From assembly GCA_964202905.1 (NCBI GenBank), contig CAXNJO010000012.1:1-64000 (forward strand): a stretch of DNA of 64,000 nt. Direction: 5' to 3'. Within the stretch, counting starts at the first letter, position 1. Every line of letters begins with the position of its first letter. The notes beneath the pieces are model-generated. The model did no database searches, was not told the origin of the DNA, and was given only the letters and a program-made list of their open reading frames with translations. The position numbers and the translations under genes were made by a program. This document shows, piece by piece, positions 44,778 through 55,414 of this stretch. Source of the DNA: Polyangiales bacterium (GTDB taxonomy: Bacteria > Myxococcota_A > Polyangia > Polyangiales > JADJQN01).

Positions 44778-45215
44778 TCAGGCGCAGGCGTCGCAGGTGC
44801 CGCGCACCTGAATCGCGGTGCCCGGGCGGCGGAGCGTGCGCTGCGCGCTGCGCGGCGCGACGACCTCGACGTCCGGCATGCACGAGACGGTGCCGCACTC
44901 GCCGCAGATGAAGTGCGGGTGGAGCGCGGCCTCGTGCGCGCCCTCGCCCGCGATCAGTTCGAAGCGCCAGACGTGGTCGCCGAGGTCGGTGCGGCGGAGG
45001 ATCCCCGCCTCCGTGAGATCGGTGAGGTTGCGGTAGACCGTGGCGCGGTCGATCCCCTGATCGGCGAGGCGGTCTGCGAGGTCGCCGTGCGTGACGGCGC
45101 CCTGTTGCGCCTCGAGGGCGGCGAGCACCTCGAGGCGGGGGCCGGTGGCGCGGAGACCCGCCTCACGGAGGCGCTCTTTCAGCTCGGTTCGACGCTGTGT
45201 CTTGCTCGCTACCAT
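44778..45215 (-). CDS. Fur-family transcriptional repressor (Zur-like by context)
   Basis: LREAGLRATGPR, DRATVYRNL, HPHFICGECG, GTCDAC; start ATG 45215. Confidence 0.9.
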   Translation of the reverse strand: MVASKTQRRTELKERLREAGLRATGPRLEVLAALEAQQGAVTHGDLADRLADQGIDRATVYRNLTDLTEAGILRRTDLGDHVWRFELIAGEGAHEAALHPHFICGECGTVSCMPDVEVVAPRSAQRTLRRPGTAIQVRGTCDACA

Positions 45216-45245
45216 GGGCGCGATCCTAGGCGGGGACCCGCGCCG

Positions 45246-45262
45246 CCGCAATGAGGTTGCTG
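45246..45262. promoter_or_regulatory. Weak putative operator (autoregulation)
   Basis: CCGCAATGAGGTTGCTG (GCAA-N5-TTGC core) 31 nt upstream of the Fur-family gene. Confidence 0.45.
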
Positions 45263-45329
45263 ATGTATCTGAGGCGCGATGGCGACGCCGTGCGGGCGCG
45301 ACGCCGTCCACCGCGGCCCGTCGCGGGGA

Positions 45330-46288
45330 TCAGTGCGCGTGACCCGTGCCGTCCCAGAGGCACTCGCCCTCGCCCTGGAAGTGGCCCTGCGTCTTGAGCT
45401 GCGCGAGCACGAAGTCCCAGCCCGACTCGATCGCGAAGGGCGCGCCGGTGAGCGAGTAGTCGGGCGCGGGGAAGAGGCCCGCGGCGTCGGCGGCCTCGAG
45501 CTCCGCGCGGGTGACCGTGTCGTCGCCGTCCGTGTCTGCGTTCGCGAGCCACTGCGCCCGGCGGACGAGCGCCTCCTCGCCCGTCGGGAACGCGCTGAAG
45601 AACGAGGTGGTCGCCGTGGCAGCGTGGCGTTGACCGAGGTGGTCGTGTTCGCGGCGACGGCGACGCCGGGCGCGCCCTCCTCGGCCTCGCAGTCGCTGAA
45701 GACGGTCGGCACGGGCACGCCGAGGCGGAAGGCGATCGACGAGGCGGGGCGGCACGCCGCGCCCGGCACGCAGGACTCGCCGCCCATCTTCGTGAGGGTG
45801 CCCTCGACGAGGTAGCTGAGGCCGCCGGCGACCATCTCGTCGAAGTCGGCCTGCGAGACGCTCGCGTCGCGCGTCGAGGTGGCCGAGGCCGCCGCGAGCT
45901 CGTACGAGAACTCGTCCCAGCGCTCGGCGGAGACGCCCTCGAAGCGCGCGAGCAGGAAGCCCGTCGGCGGCAGGGCCTTGAGGTCGACGACGTACTCCGT
46001 CTCCGCGTGGAAGTGCGGGTCGGGCGTCGCCGCGCGCGCGAGCTCGACGTGTCCGACGGCGACGACGTACTTCGTGAACGCGACCGTCCAGCCATCGCTG
46101 ATCTCGTCTTCGGCGGCCCCGGCGGCGATGCCGGCGGTGATCGTCTCCTCGGCTTCGAGACGCACTTCGACGTTCCCTGTGCCGAGCGGCGCGGCGTCGT
46201 CGCCGCACCCCGCAGCGACCGGCGCGAGAGACAGCAGAGAGAGCGCGGCGAGGCGCGCCGAGGGACGTACGAGAGACTTCGTGGACAT
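45330..46288 (-). CDS. Putative metal-uptake lipoprotein (frameshift near 45620)
   Basis: Lipobox AAGC; DGWTVAFTK; HGDH; EF-hand-like DTDGDDTVTRAE; ends HFQGEGECLWDGTGHAH. Confidence 0.7.
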
Positions 46289-46332
46289 GGGCGGTGACTC
46301 CTGATCGGTGAGGGGGAGAGGGACTTCCAGAC

Positions 46333-47115
46333 TCAAGGCGTGACGCTCGACTCCCCGGTGATCGCGGGCAGGCGCGCGTTGGTCATCGCGCCGTGGAGCG
46401 CGTTCCAGGCCGTGGTGCCGGGCGCGATCACGACGTCTTCGTCGGTGGCCGCGACGCGCGCACAAGCGAGCGCGTCGAAGTTCACGCGCGCGACCCACGC
46501 GCCCGGATCGACGCGCACGAGGAGGCGCTCGGAGGGGCCGGCGAGATCGCGCCGGACGGGCGCGCTCTGCACGCCGTAGAGGCCGGCCTCGCTCGGATCG
46601 ACGTCGACGTCGGCGGCGAAGCGCAGCCGCGTCGCGCCGCGCGTCGCGCTGCCGCGGAGGACGAGCGAGTGACCCTCCGGCGCGATGGCATCGGGGCGCA
46701 CGCCGGCCGAGGTGAAGAGCCAGGAGCGGCCGTAGTCCCACATGGCCGACTGCGCGCGTCCCGTGAGCGCGTGGCCCTCGCCGAGCAGGGCGGGCGTGGG
46801 GTCGAGCGCGTCGATCACGCCGACGTCGAGCAGCTCGGCGAGCGACTCGGGGCAGAGGTCGGGCTCGGCGCGCACGCTCGCGCAGAGGTAGAGCGGTCCG
46901 AACGCCACGTCGGCGCGCTCGAGCGTGACCTGCCAGTCGCCACCGTCGCAGGCGCAGGGCGAAGCACACGCCTCGGGCTCGCGCGCGGGGACGGTGAGCG
47001 TCGCCGTGGCCGTGCCCGCGCCCTCGACGCGGAGCGGATACACGTCCTGGCCCGTGCTGCCGCACGCAGCGCACAGGGCGAGAATCGGGAGAATCCGTGC
47101 GATGGTGGGGCACAT
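46333..47115 (-). CDS. Lipoprotein coupled to the TonB-dependent receptor
   Basis: Lipobox CAAC; DWQVTLERADVAFGPLYLC; start overlaps the receptor stop. Confidence 0.7.
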   Translation of the reverse strand: MCPTIARILPILALCAACGSTGQDVYPLRVEGAGTATATLTVPAREPEACASPCACDGGDWQVTLERADVAFGPLYLCASVRAEPDLCPESLAELLDVGVIDALDPTPALLGEGHALTGRAQSAMWDYGRSWLFTSAGVRPDAIAPEGHSLVLRGSATRGATRLRFAADVDVDPSEAGLYGVQSAPVRRDLAGPSERLLVRVDPGAWVARVNFDALACARVAATDEDVVIAPGTTAWNALHGAMTNARLPAITGESSVTP

Positions 47116-49800
47116 CACAGAGTCACTCCCAGCGTGCCGAGCACGGTGAGCGGCGCGCCCGCCGCGAGGTGCCGCGCGGGCAGGCGTGAAGGTGTCTCCG
47201 TGGTGCTCCACGTCGAGGCGAAGGAGTACTCGGTGGCCGCGTAGCGCGTGTCCGCGAGGTTGAAGGCCTCGACGCCGAGCTCGAACCAGCGCCAGCGCAG
47301 GGACGCCGAGGCGTCGAGCAGCGCGACGGGATCCGCGAACGCGCCGAAGGGCAGCGGGCGCGACGAGAGGTACGAGAAGCCGACGCCGACGCGCCCCGCG
47401 AGGTCGCCGCCGCCGACGCGCGCGAGCGTGTGCTTGGCGCCGACGTCGACGCGCAGCACGACGGGCGGCACGTACGGCAAGAGCTGGCCGGGCTCGTAGG
47501 GCGGGTTGGGGTTCGCGTTGGTCGGGACGGGCGGCGCATCCAGCGTCGCGCGCACGAAGGTCGCGGAGCCCGAGGCCGTGAGCCACGTCCACGGGCGCGC
47601 CGTCACGTAGAGCACCGCGCCGAGGCGCGACGTCGGGCCGACGGGCTCGAGCCGCGCGCTCTCCGGCTCGAAGACGACATCCGTCGAGAGCGCGGTGAGG
47701 TAGCCCGCGGCGGTGACGTCGAGACGGCCGCGCGTGTCGAGACGCCAGCGCACGCCGACGTCGCCGGAGCGCACGCGGGCGAAGGGCGTCGTCTCGCCCT
47801 CGTCGAGCGTGCGCGCCTGCGGCGAGCGGAAGCCCTCGCCGTACGACGCAAAGGCCGAGAACGTGGGCACGGGCGCGTACTCGAGCGTCACGCGCGGACC
47901 CGCGGCAAGGCCGAAGGCGGTGCGCCGATAGCCGACGATGTACGCGTCCGGGCGGATGCGCGGGATGAAGTTGCCGAGGCGATCGTCGACGTCGTACGCG
48001 AGCGCGTCGGCGCGCACGCCGCCGCGGAGCCGCAGCACGCGCGCGAAGCGCCAGTCGAGATCGACGAAGGCGCCGACGTCGAGGGTCTGCAAGGTGGCGT
48101 CGACGCGGCGGTCCCAGGTCTCGTTCTGCGGCGCCTGCAGGAGGTTCTGCGCCTGCTCGATGCGGTCGAGACGCGCCACCGCGCCGAGCTCGACGGTGCC
48201 GCGCGCCCATGAGGCGGGCGCGAAGGTGCGCAGGCGATAGCTGGCGTTCGCGCCGAGCGAGACGGCGTCGTTGAGCTGCTCGTTGAGGTCGCCGCGGCCG
48301 ACCCAATCGGGGTTGGTGCGCGAGCGCTCGCGGTAGCCCGTGAAGTTCGTGCGGACGCGCAGGTGCGTGAGCGATGTCCACGCGCCGAGGCGCAGGCGCG
48401 CGCCGCGCCTCACCGCGGCGATCGATCGTCACGCCGAGCTGCGCGCGCGAGGAGAGCGCGGACTGCGAGGTGGCCGTCGCGTCCGGGTAGGTGTCGTAGA
48501 AGCCCACGCGCCCCGCGTCGACGTCGTCGCGGCGCACGACGCCCGCGAGCCCCGCGCGCGCGCCGGAGAGCGCGGTGTGCAGCACGCCGCGCCATGCGCC
48601 GCCGCCGAAGCCGTACTGCGCGATCAGCGTGCCCGACTCGCCCGCGCGGTTCTGCCCGAAGCCGTTCGTGCGGCGATACGCGAAGGCGCCGAAGGTCTCG
48701 TCGCGCTCGCCCTCGGGGGCCCACGCGAGGAACTGCCGGAAGGTGCCGAAGCTGCCGTACGTCGTGCGCGCGACCGCGCCGCGCTCGCGCATGCCGAGCT
48801 CGAGGTCGATGCTGCCCGCGACGGCGAAGTCGCCCTGGTGCGGGTCGTAGACGCCCTCCGTCACGCGGAGCGAGCGCACGACCTCGGGCAGCACGAAGCC
48901 GAGATCCGCGTAGCCCTGCCCGTGCAGGTGCGAGGGCTGGTTGAGCGGGATACCCCCTGCAGAGATGGCGAGGTCCTGGCCATGCTCGGCGTCGAAGCCG
49001 CGCAACATGATCTGGTGCGCGACGGCGTCGCCCTCGGGGCGCGCGACGTAGACGCCGGGCGCGGTGCGCAGGAGTTCGCCCGCGTCGGCGTGCGGCGCGG
49101 CCTCGAGGAGATCGCGATCGACGACGACGTCGCTCCCGGTGCGCGACTGATCGCGGCGCTCAGCGGCGACGACGTCCGCGCTCGCGCGGGCACCGAACGC
49201 CGGCTCGGCCGCGGGGGTGGGCGTCGCCGGCGACGCGGGCGAGGCCGGGCGCGCACGGCGGCGGGGCGCGTGGCGCTCGACGAAAGGCGCCTCGTCGGGC
49301 TGGGTGACCTCGACCTCCGGCAGCGTGAAATGCACGGCGATGCGCACGCGACTCGCGACCGGCTGCGACCCGCGCCGCGCGGGCGCGAACGTCCAGCGCT
49401 GCACGGCCTCGGCCGCGGCCACGTCGAAGTCCGTGCCCATCGAGACCTCGACGTGCGCGTCGCGCACGCGCCCATCGGCCCCGACGAGGACGTGCAGGAC
49501 GACGGTGGGCTCGGTGCCCTCGCCCATGCGCTCCGGCGGGTAATCGGGCGGAGGCGCCTCGACGAGACGCGGCGGCTCGAGCGCGAGGGCGCCGCCCCCG
49601 CCCGTCGGCGGCGCATCGCCCGCGGGCGTCTGCGCGCCGACCGCGACCCCGCCGTCGACCGCGACCCCGCCGTCGACCGCGACGCTCGGCACCCCGCCGT
49701 CGACCGCGACGCCCGCGTCTTGCGCATGCGCGCCCGCGGCGGCGGCGAGAAACGCCCCGAACGCGAGCGCGGAGGCGGGGCGGCAGAAGCGGAAGAGCAT
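47115..49800 (-). CDS. TonB-dependent receptor with N-terminal TonB_C-like domain (frameshift near 48400)
   Basis: Signal peptide; PDYP...VGADGRV...AVQRWTFAPA; plug LRGFDAEHGQD, SHLHGQGYADL; barrel YGEGFRSP, AFNL; ends LGTLGVTL. Confidence 0.88.
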
Positions 49801-49832
49801 GCGCGGCCGGGCTTAGCGCGTCCGAAGTGTTG

Positions 49833-49849
49833 TTGCAACCGGGTTGCAA
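49833..49849. promoter_or_regulatory. Putative Fur/Zur-family operator (best copy)
   Basis: TTGCAACC-G-GGTTGCAA, a perfect 8-1-8 palindrome 33 nt upstream of the receptor ATG. Confidence 0.75.
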
Positions 49850-49876
49850 ACAAGGGGACGCGCGCCCGGCCCGCGG

Positions 49877-51796
49877 TCAGTGCGAGGGGCTGCCCTGCAG
49901 GTAGCTCTTGCCCTTGTACGTCCACGCCAGGAGCGTGAAGAGCAGCGCGGCGCCGACCATGAGGCCCGTGAAGACCCAGAAGAACTGGGACAGCTCGAGG
50001 ATCGCCTCCATCGGCGCGAGGAAGGCCACGAGCACGTTGCCGAACGTCACGCAGAGCAGCCAGACGCCCATCATCGTGCTCTTCATGGCGCGCGGCGCCT
50101 GCGTGTAGGCGAACTCGAGGCCGGTCACGCTGACGAGGACCTCCGCCGTCGTCATCACGATGTACTGGCCGAACTGCCAGAGCACCGGCACGTGGCCCTC
50201 GCCCGCGGCCTCGATCCGCTGCTGCAGGAGCGCGGCGACGGCGAACGCGACGGCCGCGAGGAACATGCCGACGCTCATCTTCTGGAGCGGCTTCACGGTG
50301 ATGCCGCGCGCCTCGAGCGGCCCGTACACGAACGCGCCGAGCGCGGGGATGATCATCATCACCATCAGCGGGTTGAGCGCGCTGATCTGCTCGGCCTTGA
50401 GCGCCTGGTCGACGAACTCGTGCGTCAGGAGATCGGCGATCCCGCAGGCGACGCCCGCGACGACCCACGCCCCCACGACGCCGAGCGTGACCTTGCGCGG
50501 GACGCGCAGGTTCGAGATCCACGAGAAGAGCCACACGCCGCCGAACGCCGCGAGCGCGACGGTGCCGTAGACGACGAAGGCGAACGTGTAGCGCGGCACG
50601 GTGATGGTGAGATCCATCGCCTGCGCCTGCGTGATCCACGTCGAGGCGTGCTGATCGAAGAGCGCCCAGAACACGCTGACCATCGAGAACACGACGACGA
50701 TGCGCATGACCGCGGGCGGGCCGTCGCCCGCTTCTTCGCCGAACTTCTCGCGCACCAGATCGAACATCGACTGCCCGGGCTTGCGCTCGCCGCGGTGCCG
50801 CAGCGCGTAGAAGAGCATCGCCACGAAGCCGGTGTCCGACGCGCGCCGCTGCCGGATCGAGAAGAGCACGGCGCCGAGCGTGACGGCCGCGACGGACGCG
50901 GCGAAATACGGCCACGCCTGCCCGGCGAGGAAGGCGAGGTATTCACGGATGTACTCGCCGTAGAACGCGCTCGCCGAGAGCGCGCCGCGCTCGGGGGCCT
51001 TGAAGTCGCTCGCGACGACGAAGACCGCGGCGATGATCGCGATCACGGGCGAGAAGAAGAGGACGGTGACGACGGAGTCGAGCAGGCCGAGGCTGCCGCC
51101 CGGCTTCGGGGGCACGCGCACGAAGCGGTTGCGCCCGATCCAGAAGACGATCGTCGCGAGCGCCATGAAGATGCCGGGCACGCCGAACGCGACCTCGGCG
51201 CCGAACTTGTCCTTGAGGATCGGCGTGAGGATCGTGGAGAAGAACGAGCCGAAGTTGATGATGAAGTAGAAGATCTGGAAGACGATCGTGACGAGGCCGC
51301 GGTTCTTCTCGCTGAACTGGTCGCCGACGTTCGCGCTGACGCAGGGCTTGATGCCGCCCGAGCCCATCGCGATGAGCGCGAGGCCGCAATAGAACCCGTA
51401 CTCGGCGAGCATCCAGTTCTCGCCGGCGGCGAAGCGCCCGGCGAGCGCGAGCACGCCGTGGCCGCCGCAGTAGACGAGCGAGAGCCAGAAGATGACGGGG
51501 TACTTGCCGAGCAGGCGATCCGCGAGGACGGCGCCGATCATGGGGAAGGCGTAGACGCCCGCGAAGAACAGGTGCGTGACCGCCGTCGCCTTGCTGCTCG
51601 CCGCCTTCGCCGCCGCCTCGCCCGCGACCTCGGGGAGCACGTTCCGCAGGTAGAGGACGACGAGGTACGTCTTCAGGATCGCGCGCATCCCGTAGAAGCT
51701 GAAGCGCTCGGCGCCCTCGTTGCCGACGATGAAGGGGATGCCGGCGGGGAAGCGCGAGGCCTCGGGATCGGCGGTCGCGGGGACGGTCTGGCTCAT
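49877..51796 (-). CDS. POT/PTR family proton-dependent oligopeptide transporter
   Basis: NEGAERFSFYGMR, ADRLLGKY, GSGGIKPCVSANVGDQF, FYFIINFGS, LEFAYTQAP. Confidence 0.93.
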   Translation of the reverse strand: MSQTVPATADPEASRFPAGIPFIVGNEGAERFSFYGMRAILKTYLVVLYLRNVLPEVAGEAAAKAASSKATAVTHLFFAGVYAFPMIGAVLADRLLGKYPVIFWLSLVYCGGHGVLALAGRFAAGENWMLAEYGFYCGLALIAMGSGGIKPCVSANVGDQFSEKNRGLVTIVFQIFYFIINFGSFFSTILTPILKDKFGAEVAFGVPGIFMALATIVFWIGRNRFVRVPPKPGGSLGLLDSVVTVLFFSPVIAIIAAVFVVASDFKAPERGALSASAFYGEYIREYLAFLAGQAWPYFAASVAAVTLGAVLFSIRQRRASDTGFVAMLFYALRHRGERKPGQSMFDLVREKFGEEAGDGPPAVMRIVVVFSMVSVFWALFDQHASTWITQAQAMDLTITVPRYTFAFVVYGTVALAAFGGVWLFSWISNLRVPRKVTLGVVGAWVVAGVACGIADLLTHEFVDQALKAEQISALNPLMVMMIIPALGAFVYGPLEARGITVKPLQKMSVGMFLAAVAFAVAALLQQRIEAAGEGHVPVLWQFGQYIVMTTAEVLVSVTGLEFAYTQAPRAMKSTMMGVWLLCVTFGNVLVAFLAPMEAILELSQFFWVFTGLMVGAALLFTLLAWTYKGKSYLQGSPSH

Positions 51797-52003
51797 GCGG
51801 GTGGCTCCGGGGGAAGGCCGCGACGGGACGCGTGTTCCGCGTCACGACCGGCCGTCGGCGATGGCGACGCTATCACGAACGTCACGCGACCGACGCAACG
51901 GCGACGCGCGCGGCGCAGGCCCATTTCGCGTGAGCTTTCGTGTGGCCGCCGGGGTGCCGCTGCGGCATCCTCCGCCGCTCTTTCGATCGGTGGAGGCACG
52001 TCG

Positions 52004-53584
52004 ATGATCACGCTCCAGAGCTACCTGAAAGGCACCTTCGTCGCCGGCGATGCCGCGGGCCACGCGACGCTCGTCAACCCGGCGACCGAGGCCCCCGTCG
52101 CCGTGACGAGCACGCGCGGGCTCGACCTCGCGGAGGCGCTCGCGTGGGGGCGCGACACGGGCGGCCCGACGCTGCGCGCGATGACGTTCGCCGAGCGCGG
52201 TGCGGTGCTCGAGGGCATGAGCAAAGCGCTCCACCAGGTGCGCGACGCGCTCATCGAGGCGTCGGTGGTGAACGCCGGCACGACGCGCTCGGACTCCAAG
52301 TTCGACATCGACGGCGCGACGGGCACGCTCGCCTTCTACGCGGCCCTCGGGAAGAAGCTCGGCAACGCGCGCACGCTCACGGACGGCGCGGGCGAGCAGC
52401 TCACGCGGAGCGCGCGCTTCTTCGGGCGGCACGTGAAGACGCCGCGCCGCGGCGTCGCGGTGCACATCAACGCCTTCAATTTCCCGGCGTGGGGCCTCGC
52501 GGAGAAGGCCGCCGTCGCGATCCTCGCGGGCGTGCCCGTCGTCTCCAAGCCCGCGACGAGCACGGCGCTCGCGACCTTCCGGCTCGTCGAGCGGCTGCAC
52601 GAGGCGAAGGTGCTGCCCGAGGGCGCGCTGCAGGTGGTGTGCGGTTCGGCCGGCGACCTGCTCGATCACCTCGGCCCGCAGGACGTGCTCGCGTTCACGG
52701 GCGGCAGCAGCACGGCGCGCGTGATGCGGCAGCTGCGCGCCGCCGTCGAGCGCAACGTGCGCGTGAACATCGAGGCCGACTCGCTGAACGCCGCCGTGCT
52801 CGGGCCCGACGTCGAGCCGGGGTCGGAGCTCTGGCAGATGTTCGTGCGCGACGTCGTGCGCGAGATGACGCAGAAGACGGGGCAGAAGTGCACCGCGACG
52901 CGCCGCGTCTTCGCGCCGCGCGCGCACCTCGACGCGCTCCAAGACGAGCTCGCGTCACGCCTCGGCGAGATCAAGTACGGCGACCCGGCGAACGACGAGG
53001 TGCGCATGGGGCCGCTCGCGACGGCACAGCAACTCACGGACGCGCGGGCGGGCGTCGCGGCGCTCGTCGCGGGCGGCGCGCGGCTCGTGCACGGCAGCCC
53101 CGAGCACGTGGCCCCGATCGGCGTCGAGGCGGGGCGCGGCTACTTCATGCAGCCGCTGCTCCTGCGCGCGGACGCGCCGCACGGGGCGCACATCGTTCAC
53201 GAGCACGAGGTCTTCGCGCCCTGCGCGACGCTGATGGGCTACGCGGACGCCGACGACGCCGCCACGCTCGTCGCGCGCGGGGGCGGCACGCTCGTCTCGA
53301 GCGTGTACTCGGACGATCGCGCGGCGCTCGAGGTGCTCGTCGCGGGCATCGCGCCGTTCACGGGGCGGCTGCTCATCGGCAGCAGCAAGGTCGCCGATCA
53401 GGCCATCTCGCCGGGTCTGGTCCTGCCCTCGTGCGTGCACGGCGGACCGGGGCGCGCGGGCGGCGGCGAAGAGCTCGGCGGCGAACGCGGGCTCGACTTC
53501 TACCTGCAGCGCACGGCGCTCCAGGGAGACCGCGCCGTGCTCGATCGTCTCACCCCCGGGAGCGACGCGCCGCAGACCGGCTGA
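52004..53584 (+). CDS. PaaZ/BoxD-like aldehyde dehydrogenase (no MaoC domain)
   Basis: HINAFNFP, KPAT, FTG, EADSLN, GQKCTA, HGGPGRAGGGEELGG; RBS GGAGG upstream. Confidence 0.88.
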   Translation: MITLQSYLKGTFVAGDAAGHATLVNPATEAPVAVTSTRGLDLAEALAWGRDTGGPTLRAMTFAERGAVLEGMSKALHQVRDALIEASVVNAGTTRSDSKFDIDGATGTLAFYAALGKKLGNARTLTDGAGEQLTRSARFFGRHVKTPRRGVAVHINAFNFPAWGLAEKAAVAILAGVPVVSKPATSTALATFRLVERLHEAKVLPEGALQVVCGSAGDLLDHLGPQDVLAFTGGSSTARVMRQLRAAVERNVRVNIEADSLNAAVLGPDVEPGSELWQMFVRDVVREMTQKTGQKCTATRRVFAPRAHLDALQDELASRLGEIKYGDPANDEVRMGPLATAQQLTDARAGVAALVAGGARLVHGSPEHVAPIGVEAGRGYFMQPLLLRADAPHGAHIVHEHEVFAPCATLMGYADADDAATLVARGGGTLVSSVYSDDRAALEVLVAGIAPFTGRLLIGSSKVADQAISPGLVLPSCVHGGPGRAGGGEELGGERGLDFYLQRTALQGDRAVLDRLTPGSDAPQTG

Positions 53585-53653
53585 CGCGCGGCAGGCCGGC
53601 CAACGCGTACCGAACACCCTCTTCCACGATTGTCGCCACTCGATGAACCACGC

Positions 53654-54187
53654 ATGAGCACCTCGTACCTCGTCCTCTCGGCCCTCGGGCCCGATCGCCC
53701 CGGCCTCGTCGCCGACCTCACCACCTTCCTCGCCGAGCGCGGCGCGAACGTCGAAGACAGCCGCATGGCCGTGCTCGGCGGCGAGTTCGGCATGATGGCG
53801 CTCGTGTCCGGTCCGGACGAGGCGATCGCGCGCGTCGAGCAGGAGCTCGCACAGCTCGAGCCGAAGACGGGCGCGGCGTTCGTCTCGCGGCGCACGCGCA
53901 GCCCCGAAGAGCACAGGAAGGGCGAGGCGCTGCCCGTCACGATCGAGGCCGAGTCGTTCGACCGAGAAGGCATCGTGCGCGCCATCGCCGCGGCGCTCGA
54001 GGCGCTCGCGATCAACATCGTGTCGCTCGAGACGACGCAGTGGAGCGCGCCGTTCACGGGCGCGACGCTCTTCCGCATCGTGGTGCAGGCGGATGTGCCG
54101 CGCGCGACGGGCCTCCTTCAGCTGCGCCGCGCGATGGAAAAGGTCGGCGTCGAGGAGAGCCTCGACATCGAGGTGCGCACGCGCTGA
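53654..54187 (+). CDS. GcvR-like tandem ACT-domain protein
   Basis: ALGPDRPGLV, NVEDSRMAVLGGEF, DREGIV, INI. Confidence 0.85.
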   Translation: MSTSYLVLSALGPDRPGLVADLTTFLAERGANVEDSRMAVLGGEFGMMALVSGPDEAIARVEQELAQLEPKTGAAFVSRRTRSPEEHRKGEALPVTIEAESFDREGIVRAIAAALEALAINIVSLETTQWSAPFTGATLFRIVVQADVPRATGLLQLRRAMEKVGVEESLDIEVRTR

Positions 54188-54241
54188 GCGGGCCGCGCGC
54201 ATGCCCCCGCACGCGCGTGTCGACGCGGCGGTGAGCGCCGA

Positions 54242-55414
54242 TCAGCGCGCGAACCCGAGCGCGTCGAGCGAGGCGCCCCAGAGCGCGCCACCGAGCAGGA
54301 GCGGCGTGACCGGCATGCGCCGACGCACGAGCAGCCAGGCCGCGCCGACGCCGAGCGCGAGCGTCGGCAGGTCGACGAGCGCCGCGCGCGCGAGCTGCAC
54401 GAGCACCGCGGCCATCAGCGCGAGCGAGGCGACGTTGACGCCGTCGAGGAAGGCCGACGCGCCCGGCGAGCGGCGGATCCACGGCACGAGCGGGCCGCTC
54501 AGCGCCACGTAGACGAACGCCGGCGCGAAGATGCCCGCGGTCGCGACGAGCGCGCCCGGGACGCCCGCGAGCACGTAGCCGAGGAACGTCGCGGTGGTGA
54601 AGACGGGGCCCGGCGTCACCTGCCCGACGGCGACCGCGTCGAGGAGCTGCGCGTCGCTGATCCAGCCGAGCCGCGCGACGAGCTCAGCGCGGAGGAACGC
54701 CACGAGCACGTAGCCGCTGCCGAAGAGCACCGCCCCGATCTTCGCGAAGATCAGGAAGATCGGGGGGAGCGCGGGTGCGCCCGCGACGCTGCCGGCAGCG
54801 GCCGCGAGCGAGGCGAGCGGTGCGAGCTGGTGCAGACCGGGACCGCGGCGCCCGGGGCCGGCGACCCGCGCGGAGAGCCACATCCCGAGCCCCGCGCCGA
54901 CGAGGATCGCGAGCTCGCCCACGCCGGCGAGCGCGAGGACGAGCGCGACGACGCCGAGCACGCGCAGACGCAGGTCACGCGCGGCCGTCGGGGCCAGGGC
55001 CACGATGGCCTGCGCGATGACCCCGAGGATCACGGGCTTGACGCCGTAGAGGACCCCGCCGACGTACGGGCGCGCGCCGAAGCGCACGTAGGCCCACGCG
55101 CACGCGCCGGTGATCGCCATCGCCGGCACGATGAACGCGAGGCCCGCGACGACGAGTCCGGTCCAGCGCCTGCGCTCCCAGCCGATGTGGATCGCGAGCT
55201 CGGTCGAGCTCGGGCCGGGGATGAGCGCGGTCGCGCCGACGAGATCGAGGAAGCGCGCCTCCGTCAGCCAGCGGCGACGCACGACGACCTCCTCGCGCAT
55301 CATCGCGACGTGCACCGCCGGGCCGCCGAACGAGGTCGCGCCTAGGCGGGCGAACAGCACCGCAAGCTCACGCAGCGAGGTGCGTGATGCGGGCGAGGAC
55401 GCGCCCTCGCTCAC
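54242..55414 (-). CDS. chrA: Chromate transporter (long-chain CHR)
   Basis: SFGGP, IPGPSSTE, LFGSGYV, GQVTPGPVFTTATFLGY. Confidence 0.92.
   Translation of the reverse strand: MSEGASSPASRTSLRELAVLFARLGATSFGGPAVHVAMMREEVVVRRRWLTEARFLDLVGATALIPGPSSTELAIHIGWERRRWTGLVVAGLAFIVPAMAITGACAWAYVRFGARPYVGGVLYGVKPVILGVIAQAIVALAPTAARDLRLRVLGVVALVLALAGVGELAILVGAGLGMWLSARVAGPGRRGPGLHQLAPLASLAAAAGSVAGAPALPPIFLIFAKIGAVLFGSGYVLVAFLRAELVARLGWISDAQLLDAVAVGQVTPGPVFTTATFLGYVLAGVPGALVATAGIFAPAFVYVALSGPLVPWIRRSPGASAFLDGVNVASLALMAAVLVQLARAALVDLPTLALGVGAAWLLVRRRMPVTPLLLGGALWGASLDALGFAR

Noticed and set aside
46333..49800. 1155-aa receptor-lipoprotein fusion ORF
   Set aside because: The barrel continues in another frame (47115-48413) and the lipoprotein has its own signal peptide.
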